Shown here one piece after another: positions 48,650 through 58,287 of a stretch of DNA of 64,000 nt. The translations under genes and the position numbers were made by a program. Within the stretch, counting starts at the first letter, position 1. Every line of letters starts with the position of its first letter. The notes under the pieces are model-generated. The model searched no databases. It saw nothing but the letters and a program-made list of their open reading frames with translations, and was not told where the DNA came from. The stretch is from a virus, in the IMG/VR virus record IMGVR_UViG_3300032006_002011, positions 1 to 64,000 of that record. One strand, written 5' to 3'.

Positions 48650-50420
48650 AAAGCACCAAGACGATAAACTTGGAGTAGTATGTTGTTATTTCAATCCATG
48701 TAATTATCTTTCGCGATATATAAACTTTATATCATTCTATCAAGGTCTTCGTGAATATCCAAATATCAAGTTGCTTGTTGTAGAGTCTTATTCAGATTCT
48801 TCAAAATATAGAATATCAAAAGTTTGTCCTGACGTAATATCAATAGAATCTTCCGAGATATATTGGCAAAAGGAGCAACTCCTTAATATAGGACTTGAAA
48901 AATTATACAAGGAAGGATATGAATGTATAACTTGTCTCGATGCGGATATAGAATTTTCAAATAAAGATTGGGTAGAAAACTCAATCTCTGCAATACGAGA
49001 ATATAAAATGGTTCAGTTATTTGATAAATGTATCAAAAAACTACCGAATAGTAAAAAACGCATTATCTCAAAATCTACGTGTGCGTATTTTAAGAATCAA
49101 CTTCCTCCTGTCGATAAACTTCTGCAACGACCAGGAGAACCTGGGTTTGCATATGGCTACCACTCCAGTATACTAGAAACTTTTAGATTATACGAAAATG
49201 CCATTATGGGTTCGGGTGATTTCCTGAACTTGTTGGGGTGTATTTATGATGGGAATGATTTGTCTGTCATGAAATCAGATAGATTTTTTGCAGGAGGCAA
49301 TGAAGAATTTTTCAATGATTATATAGAGTGGGTATCTCGTAATGATTTGGAAATCGGTGAAATTAACACCGCAAACAATACAATCTATGTTGAATACCAC
49401 GGCGAATATATGAAACGTTCTTATGTAGGACGAGAAGTAATATTAAAAAGAACCAACTACAATCCCAAGGAAGATGTAACTTTATTAAAAACGGGATTGT
49501 ATAAAATCAACAACCAATCTTTGAGACAACAAATTTTATCCTACTTTCAGTCTAGAGATGAAGATGGTTTTATCGGAGTGGTTAACCGAAATCGTCCGTT
49601 TAGAAATAAGATATTAAAATTAATACTAAACAACAACCCCGATTATGATATAACTCAAACAGAACTTGATAATTTGAATGAACTTGAATACAAAGAACCA
49701 CCTGAACTTCATTGTGATATTCCCAAACTTTCAAACGACACAAATCGTGTGGTGATTGCATCAAAGACAACCGAGGAATTTTTCGCGGTCAAAAGAATCT
49801 CAGCTGACGAACACATTGTGGTAGATAAATCAAAATACCCACAGAGAAATACAATCAAATCAACAAATGGTTCAGGAGACGCAGAAACATACTTAAGTTT
49901 CATAATCAAAAATTATGAAATTTTACCCGAGTGTTGTGTGTTTATATCAGATAATCTTAAAAGAAAAACAAGAGAGTATCAACCTTTGGTCAACAAAGTC
50001 TTGAAAACAAACCCGACCCCCGATGACAAATTAATCTATATAGTTGATTCATACAACACAATATATGTTGATAAAACTATTCATATAAAGGGTACTATAA
50101 AAGTAACGCATAAAACCAAGCAATATGTAAACTCATTGATGCCGAGTAATTACAACTATACAAACTGGGTGGAACACTTTATATCCAAGGAGAAGTTTCA
50201 AGTACTAAATAGGAGTGTAAACAAACTCACACAGACAATGATACTGAAAGATGGAGTCCAATTAAAATATAATCCGAATAATTCATTCTTAATAAGTGGT
50301 GATAAAATTAGAAACCGAGAAAAGTCATTTTATGAAACACTATACTCTCGGTTGGTTGGAGAACACAATACAGAGGAATCGTTATATATAAACAGAAGTT
50401 GGGATATTATATTCAAATGA
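48633..50420 (+). CDS. GT-A-like protein with an extra C-terminal domain (DUF3431-like)
   Basis: CYFNP, WQKEQLLNIG, LDADIEF, VQLF, GSGD; C-terminal ETYLSFIIKNYEILP...F. Confidence 0.55.
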   Translation: MKTENEKHQDDKLGVVCCYFNPCNYLSRYINFISFYQGLREYPNIKLLVVESYSDSSKYRISKVCPDVISIESSEIYWQKEQLLNIGLEKLYKEGYECITCLDADIEFSNKDWVENSISAIREYKMVQLFDKCIKKLPNSKKRIISKSTCAYFKNQLPPVDKLLQRPGEPGFAYGYHSSILETFRLYENAIMGSGDFLNLLGCIYDGNDLSVMKSDRFFAGGNEEFFNDYIEWVSRNDLEIGEINTANNTIYVEYHGEYMKRSYVGREVILKRTNYNPKEDVTLLKTGLYKINNQSLRQQILSYFQSRDEDGFIGVVNRNRPFRNKILKLILNNNPDYDITQTELDNLNELEYKEPPELHCDIPKLSNDTNRVVIASKTTEEFFAVKRISADEHIVVDKSKYPQRNTIKSTNGSGDAETYLSFIIKNYEILPECCVFISDNLKRKTREYQPLVNKVLKTNPTPDDKLIYIVDSYNTIYVDKTIHIKGTIKVTHKTKQYVNSLMPSNYNYTNWVEHFISKEKFQVLNRSVNKLTQTMILKDGVQLKYNPNNSFLISGDKIRNREKSFYETLYSRLVGEHNTEESLYINRSWDIIFK

Positions 50421-51277
50421 TAATCATATCAATACATCTGTTTCCACACGAAATAAAAAGATTTAGGCGTATCGTCCAAACTTTTAAAAAGTCCGTTCCG
50501 TATATAGAAGACACCTCCCAAATAAAAATGTTAGTTACTCTAAATACGAACTCTAAGTTAATTGACTGGGGTACTGAATCTGATGATATAGTATGTGCGG
50601 AGTTTGAAGAAATATGCAAAACAATTCCGTTTGCAGTTTGTTGGGAAATAAAAAACGAACCCACTTATTTGGGAGTTAACGAACACAGAAGAAATTCTAT
50701 ACACACATCCTTGCTTGGTGATACAATAATATTTCTAGACACAGATTTATACTTTGAAGAGCGACTTCTTGCACACCAAATAAATGCAATAAGTTTAATT
50801 AAAACATTAAATGAGTATTATGTAATATCCCCACAGATATTAAGATTATGGGATGCTACGTGGGATTGTATAGTTAATAAAAAATATCTAGATAAACCAC
50901 TTGATTATTACAAAACCGCAACTCCAATAGATCATGTAAACGTAGACCACGGAAGTGTTGGGGTACTTCCCATTCAAACTTTCAAATGGGGTGGTGGTTG
51001 GTTCAATGCAATTTCCGCAAACCTTTTAAAATACATTGGACTACCCGAGTCATTTGTGGGATACGGACCCGATGACACATTTGTCATGGAGTGTTGTAAG
51101 ATAATGAAAAAGCATAACAAAGACATACAACAATATGTGCTTTCAAATATGATAGTAATGGAAGATCAAGAACCCATTGAAAGTTCAATAAAACTTAAAA
51201 ACAACACTCTCAACTTTAGAGAAGAATGTAACAAACACTTTTTATCCGAGATTTCCAAGTTTACACAAAAACTATAA
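50417..51277 (+). CDS. GT-A-like glycosyltransferase
   Basis: IFLDTD DxD motif, GGGWFNAIS, FVGYGPDDTF; ATGA overlap. Confidence 0.65.
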   Translation: MIIISIHLFPHEIKRFRRIVQTFKKSVPYIEDTSQIKMLVTLNTNSKLIDWGTESDDIVCAEFEEICKTIPFAVCWEIKNEPTYLGVNEHRRNSIHTSLLGDTIIFLDTDLYFEERLLAHQINAISLIKTLNEYYVISPQILRLWDATWDCIVNKKYLDKPLDYYKTATPIDHVNVDHGSVGVLPIQTFKWGGGWFNAISANLLKYIGLPESFVGYGPDDTFVMECCKIMKKHNKDIQQYVLSNMIVMEDQEPIESSIKLKNNTLNFREECNKHFLSEISKFTQKL

Positions 51278-51290
51278 AAATTTCATATAT

Positions 51291-52103
51291 ATGGATATGA
51301 AACTGCGACATATTCTAACCTCAGGAACCATCCTTGCACTGGCACTTATGAACCAGGGTTGCTTTAATGTAACATGGGGATTAAAAGAACAACGAACAGA
51401 AATTGCAGGAGAAATTGCAAGAAAAGAAGGTGAACTAGACCGGCACACAAGAGCATTCGTTTCGGGAACTGTAGACGCCCTGTCCCTTTCAGAAGAGAAA
51501 TCCAAGGAAGATTTGGTGGCACTTAATCTCGCACAAAAGGCACAAGAAATAATCGGACTACCACAACCGGGTGATAAAATTCATGTTGAAGACGTAATCA
51601 ATCAAAACGAACTTGCTTTGGAAAATCTATCCGACAGAGACACCGATGTCATTAAACTTAGCAGACGAAAGGAAATGCTCGGCCACGACTTAAAGGATAC
51701 CGAAGAAAAACTTATTAGTTTGGGAGAACTCAAAGCACAAGAAGAAAAAGACGGATTCTTTTCCTCATTGTGGGGGTGGTTAACGGGAACATTCGGCTTA
51801 CTCGGAGCAATCGCAGTTTGCATAATAGCAGGTCCTGCATTGCTCCCACTCATAACCCAATTATTCGGTTGGTTGGTAGGTAAGATACCAGGACTAATTA
51901 CATGGTTGGGAATTACAAGTAGTAGGATGACAAGTAATATCATTAAGGGTGTCCACGATGCCAAAGAAAAAATTCGTGCGGTGGAAGATGACAAGAAATT
52001 CAGTAAGAACGAAGTTTTGGGAATATTCGGTTCATCTCTTGGAAACTCAACCAATGACACCGACAAAAATGTCATTGCGAGAATAAAACGCAGATTCAAG
52101 TAA
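51291..52103 (+). CDS. Putative lipoprotein/membrane protein with a coiled coil
   Basis: Signal-like N-terminus ending QGC, helical middle, hydrophobic segment FFSSLWGW...ITWLG. Confidence 0.6.
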   Translation: MDMKLRHILTSGTILALALMNQGCFNVTWGLKEQRTEIAGEIARKEGELDRHTRAFVSGTVDALSLSEEKSKEDLVALNLAQKAQEIIGLPQPGDKIHVEDVINQNELALENLSDRDTDVIKLSRRKEMLGHDLKDTEEKLISLGELKAQEEKDGFFSSLWGWLTGTFGLLGAIAVCIIAGPALLPLITQLFGWLVGKIPGLITWLGITSSRMTSNIIKGVHDAKEKIRAVEDDKKFSKNEVLGIFGSSLGNSTNDTDKNVIARIKRRFK

Positions 52104-52173
52104 TAAACCCCCACCTTTGTTATATTTATAACAAAAGGTTATACCGCATTTTAATTTATGGAGATTGCGTTAT

Positions 52174-53049
52174 ATGAAGATTGGAGTTGTTGGTAATGGG
52201 TTCGTGGGTCATGCAATGACATTGCTTAGACCACACGTTGAAGTATTGGTATGGGACATAGTTGCCGAAAAGAGAGATCCAAAGACATTGGATATTGAAA
52301 CATTTGTCGAAGAGTCCGAAATTATTTTCGTTGCAGTTCCTACACCGATGAATTCAGATGGTAGTTGCAACCTAAACATTGTTCGTGACGTATGCGAAGA
52401 AATACAAGAAATAGATGACACCAAGTATATAGTGTTACGTTCTACAGTTCCTCCTGGAACAAGTGAAGAACTTGACGTGGCATTCATGCCGGAATTCCTC
52501 ACGGAAAAGAATTGGAAAACCGATTTTAAAAATTGCGATCAATGGATACTTGGTTCAACCGATCCGTTCTTGTATGAAAAAATGAAACGTATGTTTGAAC
52601 TTGCCCACGACAATGGTAATGGTTCGGTAATAAACAAGAGCGTTATTCAGTGCAAACCAAGTGAAGCAGAAATGATAAAGTATTTAAAGAACGTATTTCT
52701 TAGTGTTAAGGTTGGGTTCTTTAACGAACTTGAGTCAATATGCTCAGAGTTGGACATTAATTATGAAAATGTTCGTTGTATCGCAACCCAAGATAAACGA
52801 ATTGGAAGTGGTCATACTAAAGTTCCTGGACATGATGGACACCGAGGTTTCGGTGGAACGTGTTTCCCAAAGGACACCAATGCACTCGCAAGTTTTGCAG
52901 AAGACAATATGATACCAACTCCGATTCTTGATGCGGTTATCAAAAGAAATGAAGAACTTGATCGTCCAGAAAAAGATTGGATGGCAGATAAAGGTCGAGC
53001 AGTCTCCGCAGAAATCAAATCAAAGAAATCCAAAAAAGAAACCGAGTAA
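52174..53049 (+). CDS. UDP-glucose/GDP-mannose dehydrogenase family (short form lacking the C-terminal domain)
   Basis: GVVGNGFVG, VAVPTP, RSTVPPGT, PEFL, EAEMIKY..N, GFGGTCFPKD. Confidence 0.9.
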   Translation: MKIGVVGNGFVGHAMTLLRPHVEVLVWDIVAEKRDPKTLDIETFVEESEIIFVAVPTPMNSDGSCNLNIVRDVCEEIQEIDDTKYIVLRSTVPPGTSEELDVAFMPEFLTEKNWKTDFKNCDQWILGSTDPFLYEKMKRMFELAHDNGNGSVINKSVIQCKPSEAEMIKYLKNVFLSVKVGFFNELESICSELDINYENVRCIATQDKRIGSGHTKVPGHDGHRGFGGTCFPKDTNALASFAEDNMIPTPILDAVIKRNEELDRPEKDWMADKGRAVSAEIKSKKSKKETE

Positions 53050-53052
53050 GAT

Positions 53053-54006
53053 ATGGACTACTACGATTTCTTTAATGGTGATGCGGATGGTATCATAAGT
53101 CTACATCAATACAGAACGCACTATCCAAAGAACTCCAAGTTGTTTACTGGAGTCAAACGTGACGTGAAGTTACTTAGACATTGTACCGACATAAAAGACT
53201 CCATGTTTACTGTGTTTGATATATCCTTGCTTTCCAATGCAGACTATATAAAACCAATATTGGATAATGGAAATCATGTCAAGTGGTTTGACCACCATGA
53301 ACCAGGTGAAACGGAACTGGGAGATAACTTTAGCATCAAGGTGGATGCAGACCCCAATTGTTGCACAAACATATTGGTTGATGAGTATTTGAATGGTTTG
53401 TATCGTCCGTGGACAATATGTGGAATATATGGAGATAACCTCCACGAACAAGCAGACAAATTTAATCCATGCTTCAACAAAGAGTCAATGAACAAATTAA
53501 AGGAAGTTGGTGAAACATTAAACTACAATGGATATGGAAACGAGGAACTTGACTTGACTGTTCACCCCAAAGACGTATATCTTGACCTGAAGGATTATGA
53601 ATCTCCGTTCGAATACAGAAAGAAGTCGGAAACCTATCACAAGATTCACACACAGATGACCTCAGACGAAGCAGAATTAAGTTCTTCGGAAATTATATAC
53701 GATACGGAAGTTGGAATGGTTATCATCTTACCCAACACAAGAGCATCAATAAGATATTCGGGAATTTATAGCAATCAACAAACAACAGATAATCCAGACA
53801 AAGCATTTGCAATACTTACTTCAGTAGACGGAGGGAACTACCGCATCAGCATTCGTTCACCAAAAACAAATCCATACGGAGCAAGCAAACTGGCATTGCA
53901 GTTTCCAACGGGGGGTGGGCGTGAGAAAGCTGCGGGAATAAACGAACTCCCAAAGTCAGAACTAATAAATTTTATTTCAAAGTTTGAAGAAGTATACGGA
54001 AAATGA
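53053..54006 (+). CDS. DHH-family phosphoesterase
   Basis: NGDADG, FDIS, FDHH and DHHA1-like SIR...GGGREKAAG. Confidence 0.85.
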   Translation: MDYYDFFNGDADGIISLHQYRTHYPKNSKLFTGVKRDVKLLRHCTDIKDSMFTVFDISLLSNADYIKPILDNGNHVKWFDHHEPGETELGDNFSIKVDADPNCCTNILVDEYLNGLYRPWTICGIYGDNLHEQADKFNPCFNKESMNKLKEVGETLNYNGYGNEELDLTVHPKDVYLDLKDYESPFEYRKKSETYHKIHTQMTSDEAELSSSEIIYDTEVGMVIILPNTRASIRYSGIYSNQQTTDNPDKAFAILTSVDGGNYRISIRSPKTNPYGASKLALQFPTGGGREKAAGINELPKSELINFISKFEEVYGK

Positions 54007-54632
54007 TTGTATCTCATAAGCACAAGTTCATATTTTTCAAACCGTGGAAAGTCGGTGGTAATAGTGTTGAACATAATTTGATTGAGCATTGTGGTGATAA
54101 AGACTTAATAGACACAACACACAGAAATCCCAAAGACACCCTTGACATAATAGGAAAACGAAAGTTCAACAAGTACTTTAAGTTTACAATCGCAAGGAAT
54201 CCTTGGGATAGAATGGTTTCTTATTTTTGGTGGCAAGACGGGGGTTTGGTAGGAAAGAATCACAGAAAGAACATTAACAAACTTGTAAAGATGCAGTTTA
54301 ACGGATATCAGTTCAAAGAACAATTTGCTCGTTGGATTGGAAACTATTCCCACTTCAACCAACCTTTCTATTTTGATGACAAAGGAAATCCAATAATGGA
54401 CCACTATATGAAGTTTGAGAACCTGGACAACGACTATAAGAAAATTTGCAAGAAGCTAAAGTTACCATACAAGAGTCTTAAAAAAATAGGAACATTTCCA
54501 TTCAAGAAAAAGAATGAAGAATATTGGAAATATTACAACTATGAGTCGGGTGCGGTAATTGCACAACGACACAAAAAAACAATAGAAATGTTTAATTATA
54601 CGTGCGGTCCCGCACCAAAGAAAGATATTTAA
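54003..54632 (+). CDS. Sulfotransferase (Sulfotransfer_2 family)
   Basis: HKFIFFKPWKVGGNS (5'-PSB) and FTIARNPWDRMVSYF (3'-PB), KFENL. Confidence 0.85.
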   Translation: MIVSHKHKFIFFKPWKVGGNSVEHNLIEHCGDKDLIDTTHRNPKDTLDIIGKRKFNKYFKFTIARNPWDRMVSYFWWQDGGLVGKNHRKNINKLVKMQFNGYQFKEQFARWIGNYSHFNQPFYFDDKGNPIMDHYMKFENLDNDYKKICKKLKLPYKSLKKIGTFPFKKKNEEYWKYYNYESGAVIAQRHKKTIEMFNYTCGPAPKKDI

Positions 54633-54636
54633 TTAT

Positions 54637-54888
54637 ATGAAGTTATCAGATGTCAAAATAGAAAACGATCAAATAGTTCTGAAATTTGATTATCGTATGT
54701 ATGGCATTGGTGATGATATTACCATGATGCACGATTTGAAATTGTGGTCAAACCCAAAGAAAGTTTGTGAAGACTTGGTAAATACCGCAAATGGTATTAT
54801 AGATATATTAGAACTTGATATGGAAATTAAATCGGTAGAAACAAAGTCCGACATTTCTTCACAAGACTTGTCCGACAGATGGGGATAA
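54637..54888 (+). CDS. Hypothetical protein
   Basis: 83-aa ORF packed in the operon. Confidence 0.6.
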   Translation: MKLSDVKIENDQIVLKFDYRMYGIGDDITMMHDLKLWSNPKKVCEDLVNTANGIIDILELDMEIKSVETKSDISSQDLSDRWG

Positions 54889-54892
54889 AATT

Positions 54893-55264
54893 ATGAGTGA
54901 ACAAGACGAAAGCATTAGACCTTGGGGAAATTACGAAATTCTCCTAGACGCAGATTACTGCAAAGTTAAACGCATCTTTGTAAAACCCGGACAACGACTT
55001 AGTTATCAGTACCACCACAAACGACAAGAAGCATGGACGGTCGTTAGTGGAGTTGCAAGAATAACCTTGGATGACGTTACCGAAGATTACAAACCAGGTG
55101 AAACTGTTTTGATTCCACTTGGTGCAAAGCATCGCATGGCAAACCCAAGTGATGACGAAATGATGATTTTAATTGAAGTTCAAACAGGAACTTATTTTGG
55201 TGAGGACGATATTGTGCGTGTTCAAGATGACTATGATCGTCCAGAAAAACACGAATCGGAGTAA
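54893..55264 (+). CDS. Mannose-6-phosphate isomerase type II cupin domain
   Basis: RPWG, VKPGQRLSYQYHHKRQEAW, HR.AN, IEVQTGTYFGEDDIVR.QDDY. Confidence 0.92.
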   Translation: MSEQDESIRPWGNYEILLDADYCKVKRIFVKPGQRLSYQYHHKRQEAWTVVSGVARITLDDVTEDYKPGETVLIPLGAKHRMANPSDDEMMILIEVQTGTYFGEDDIVRVQDDYDRPEKHESE

Positions 55265-55268
55265 CCTT

Positions 55269-55676
55269 ATGAAAACAGTAGCAGTTAGTGGATACTTTGA
55301 CCCAATTCATGTGGGACACTTGGAATACCTTGAGTTGGCAAAAGAACTTGGTGATCGTCTTGTTGTTATCGTAAACAACAATCATCAATGTGTTCTTAAA
55401 AAAGGCAAACCATTTATGGATGAAGCAGACCGAGTAAAAATCGTAGAAGCACTCGGAATCGTTGATGAGGCATTTCTCAGCATTGATAAGGACAAAAGTG
55501 TATGTGCTTCACTCGATGCAATTAAACCAGACATCTTTGCAAATGGTGGAGACAGAAGTGTGGGTGAAGTTCCAGAAAGTGTTGTTTGTAAGAAACATGG
55601 AATAGAAATGGTTGATGGTCTCGGCGACAAAATCAGAAGTTCTTCTGACCTGACTGGACTAAAAGAAAAGAAGTAA
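55269..55676 (+). CDS. Cytidylyltransferase-family nucleotidyltransferase (TagD/RfaE-II-like)
   Basis: SGYFDPIHVGH (HxGH), KKGKPFM, FANGGDR, KIRSSS; start ATG 55269. Confidence 0.9.
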   Translation: MKTVAVSGYFDPIHVGHLEYLELAKELGDRLVVIVNNNHQCVLKKGKPFMDEADRVKIVEALGIVDEAFLSIDKDKSVCASLDAIKPDIFANGGDRSVGEVPESVVCKKHGIEMVDGLGDKIRSSSDLTGLKEKK

Positions 55677-55695
55677 GGTTTGTCTACTTATAGTT

Positions 55696-56601
55696 GTGGA
55701 CAAAGTACTTATAACAGGTGGTGCGGGATTTGTCGGAACTGCACTAATTAAAAAACTTATACGCAAGTATAAGAACATTGAAATTGTTTCCATTGACAAT
55801 TATAGTAGTGGTTCGGTGAACAATCATGTAAAGAGCAAGAAAGTAACTTATCTTGATAAGGATACTCAAAACTTAGTTCCCAAAAAATTCGGCATGAACG
55901 ATACCAAGATGGACATTGCCGATGCATTTGAACCAGATGTCGTTTTTCATTTCGGTGAGTTCTCAAGAATCGTAACGAGTTTCGATTCTTTTGATAATTG
56001 TTGGGACTACAATATGCAAGGCACAAAAATGGTTCTTGATTATTGTGTCGCAAAAAAAGCAAAGTTGGTTTATAGTGCAAGTTCAAGTAAGTTCGGAAAC
56101 GATGGGAAGGACGAAAACCTTTCTCCATATGCTTGGATGAAAGCAAAGATGGTTGAACTAATTAAAAACTATTCAGAGTGGTTTGACTTAAAATATGAAA
56201 TCACCTATTTCTATAATGCGTATGGACCAGGACAAATAAGAACTGGGGATTATGCAACCGTCATCGGAATCTTTGAAGAGCAATACTCCAAGGGAGAACC
56301 ACTTACAGTTGTAGAACCAGGTGAACAATCAAGAGACTTTACCCACATCAGTGATATTGTACGGGGAGTTATACTGGCCGCAGAGAAAGGAAGGCAAGAT
56401 GAGTATCCCCTCGGCACGGCAATTTCACATAAAATTATTGATGTGGCAAAAATGTTTAACCATGAATATGTTATGATTCCAGAAAGGAGAGGTGAGAGAT
56501 TTTACGGAAAAGCAATTCCCTCACTAACTTATCAGCATCTTGGTTGGGTAGCAAAAATTAAGTTGGAAGATTATATTTCAAAAATCATATGTAAAAAGTA
56601 A
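55696..56601 (+). CDS. NAD-dependent nucleotide-sugar epimerase/dehydratase
   Basis: ITGGAGFVG, YSASSS, SPYAWMK (YxxxK), FYNAYGP, RDFTHISD. Confidence 0.92.
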   Translation: MDKVLITGGAGFVGTALIKKLIRKYKNIEIVSIDNYSSGSVNNHVKSKKVTYLDKDTQNLVPKKFGMNDTKMDIADAFEPDVVFHFGEFSRIVTSFDSFDNCWDYNMQGTKMVLDYCVAKKAKLVYSASSSKFGNDGKDENLSPYAWMKAKMVELIKNYSEWFDLKYEITYFYNAYGPGQIRTGDYATVIGIFEEQYSKGEPLTVVEPGEQSRDFTHISDIVRGVILAAEKGRQDEYPLGTAISHKIIDVAKMFNHEYVMIPERRGERFYGKAIPSLTYQHLGWVAKIKLEDYISKIICKK

Positions 56602-56630
56602 TTGACTTATTTTAGTCAATGGGCTATAAT
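56602..56630 (+). promoter_or_regulatory. sigma70 promoter of the five-gene operon, with an inverted repeat over the -35 box
   Basis: TTGACT-N17-TATAAT; ATTGACT-N6-AGTCAAT palindrome. Confidence 0.75.
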
Positions 56631-56640
56631 ATATGATACA

Positions 56641-58287
56641 ATGTGCGGTATATTAGGCGGTAACCAATTCAACGATATAGAACAGGTCAAAACTGGTCTG
56701 GCATCTATCATGCATCGTGGTACGGACGGAAACGTAGTGTTCCACTTCAAAGAAAATGACTTCTATATGTGTCATAACAGGTTGTCTATTCAAGACTTAT
56801 CAGAGTCAGCAAATCAACCGCTCATATCAGAAGATGAAAAATTTATTTTGGCATTTAACGGGGAGATGTGGAAACCATTCTTTAGGAAGTTCAATTCCAA
56901 ACTAAGAAAAAAATACAACTTCAAGACTGAGCGGAGTGATTCGGAGTTGTTACTTTATTACTTAATAGATAATCGTGACAACATATTGAAGTCAATGAAG
57001 AAACTTGACGGAATGTTTTGTTTTGCTTTTTATGACATAGAAAGAAACGAACTTACGTTGGGCAGAGATTTCATCGGAAGGCTTCCTTTATACTATGCGT
57101 TTGAAAAAAACAAAATAGTTTTCTCAAGTGAAGTAAAGGGAATACAATCGGCAAAACCAGAATATAAGTTTTTTAATGTAGACAGAAGTCGTAAACCACC
57201 CGAGGGACAGGAAGAGAAAATAAAGGTTGTAGAACCAGGAACAATTGTAACGGTTTCCAAAAATTTCTTTGGTACTATCAGTTGCGAAATCAAACGATGG
57301 AACGATTTCAAACCCGAGTTCAACCCAGAGAACCCAACCCTATATACTCGTTCCGAGACAGACTTAACCCTACTTGAAGGGGAGGACTTAGGAATTGACT
57401 ATTACGCATCCGAGTTCAGAAAACGGTTGGAAAAAGCAGTTGACGATGAATTGATTAGTGACACCCCAATCTGTACGATTTTAAGTGGTGGCATTGATAG
57501 TACAATCATCACATATCTTCTAAAAAAGAAGAACCCAGACATTGAAGCATTCGTGGTAAACGTAACGTCAAACAGAAAGCAGACACTAAAAGATGACTTA
57601 TATTATGCCAAGATAGCTGCCAACGAATTGGGAGTTAGGTTACACGAAGTTAATGTCAGCAAAGACGATATTGAAAACAATCTAAAAGAAAGCATCTGGG
57701 CATCCGAGACTCATAAGTGGACACAGGTATCTCCTGCGGTTGCTCAACTATTCTTGTCGTGGGAAATCCGTGACAAAGGATATAAGGTTGTATTTGGTGG
57801 AGAGGGAGCAGATGAAATCTTTGCAAGTTATGGAGACGTCAAGAGATTCTGTTGGCCCGACCCACTTGCTTGGCATCAAAAAAGAGTCAACCTCATCAAC
57901 AACCTTCACAAGAATAATCTCATCAGAACCAACAAGGCAATGATGTATGGTGGCAAGGTAGAATTGAGAACTCCGTTTCTAAACAAGGAAGTTATTGATT
58001 TCGGTTTAAGGATTCCGACCAGATATAGAGATGAAGCAGATGGTAAGGGAAACATAATGAAGTATGTTTTGCGGAAAGCATTTGAGGGAGAGATTTCAGA
58101 AGAACTTCTCTGGAGACCCAAAAAGACTTTTCAACAAGGATGTCACACGGATTACTTAAAGAAGGAGCAGGAGACCATAGATAAATACTTTAATGAATTG
58201 TTCGTTGAAAACAAAGTTCCTGCCAAATATATTGGTAGGAGTATTGGTCATGTATCTGCTAGAATCAAAGTAAAGGAGATGGCATGA
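56641..58287 (+). CDS. asnB: Asparagine synthetase B-like glutamine amidotransferase
   Basis: Start reassigned to MCGILGG (Ntn Cys); [40 protein letters not shown]. Confidence 0.9.
   Translation: MCGILGGNQFNDIEQVKTGLASIMHRGTDGNVVFHFKENDFYMCHNRLSIQDLSESANQPLISEDEKFILAFNGEMWKPFFRKFNSKLRKKYNFKTERSDSELLLYYLIDNRDNILKSMKKLDGMFCFAFYDIERNELTLGRDFIGRLPLYYAFEKNKIVFSSEVKGIQSAKPEYKFFNVDRSRKPPEGQEEKIKVVEPGTIVTVSKNFFGTISCEIKRWNDFKPEFNPENPTLYTRSETDLTLLEGEDLGIDYYASEFRKRLEKAVDDELISDTPICTILSGGIDSTIITYLLKKKNPDIEAFVVNVTSNRKQTLKDDLYYAKIAANELGVRLHEVNVSKDDIENNLKESIWASETHKWTQVSPAVAQLFLSWEIRDKGYKVVFGGEGADEIFASYGDVKRFCWPDPLAWHQKRVNLINNLHKNNLIRTNKAMMYGGKVELRTPFLNKEVIDFGLRIPTRYRDEADGKGNIMKYVLRKAFEGEISEELLWRPKKTFQQGCHTDYLKKEQETIDKYFNELFVENKVPAKYIGRSIGHVSARIKVKEMA

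Noticed and set aside
3361-52173. tRNA or other RNA genes in intergenic gaps
   Set aside because: Gaps are short and AT-rich; no cloverleaf or T-loop signature was seen
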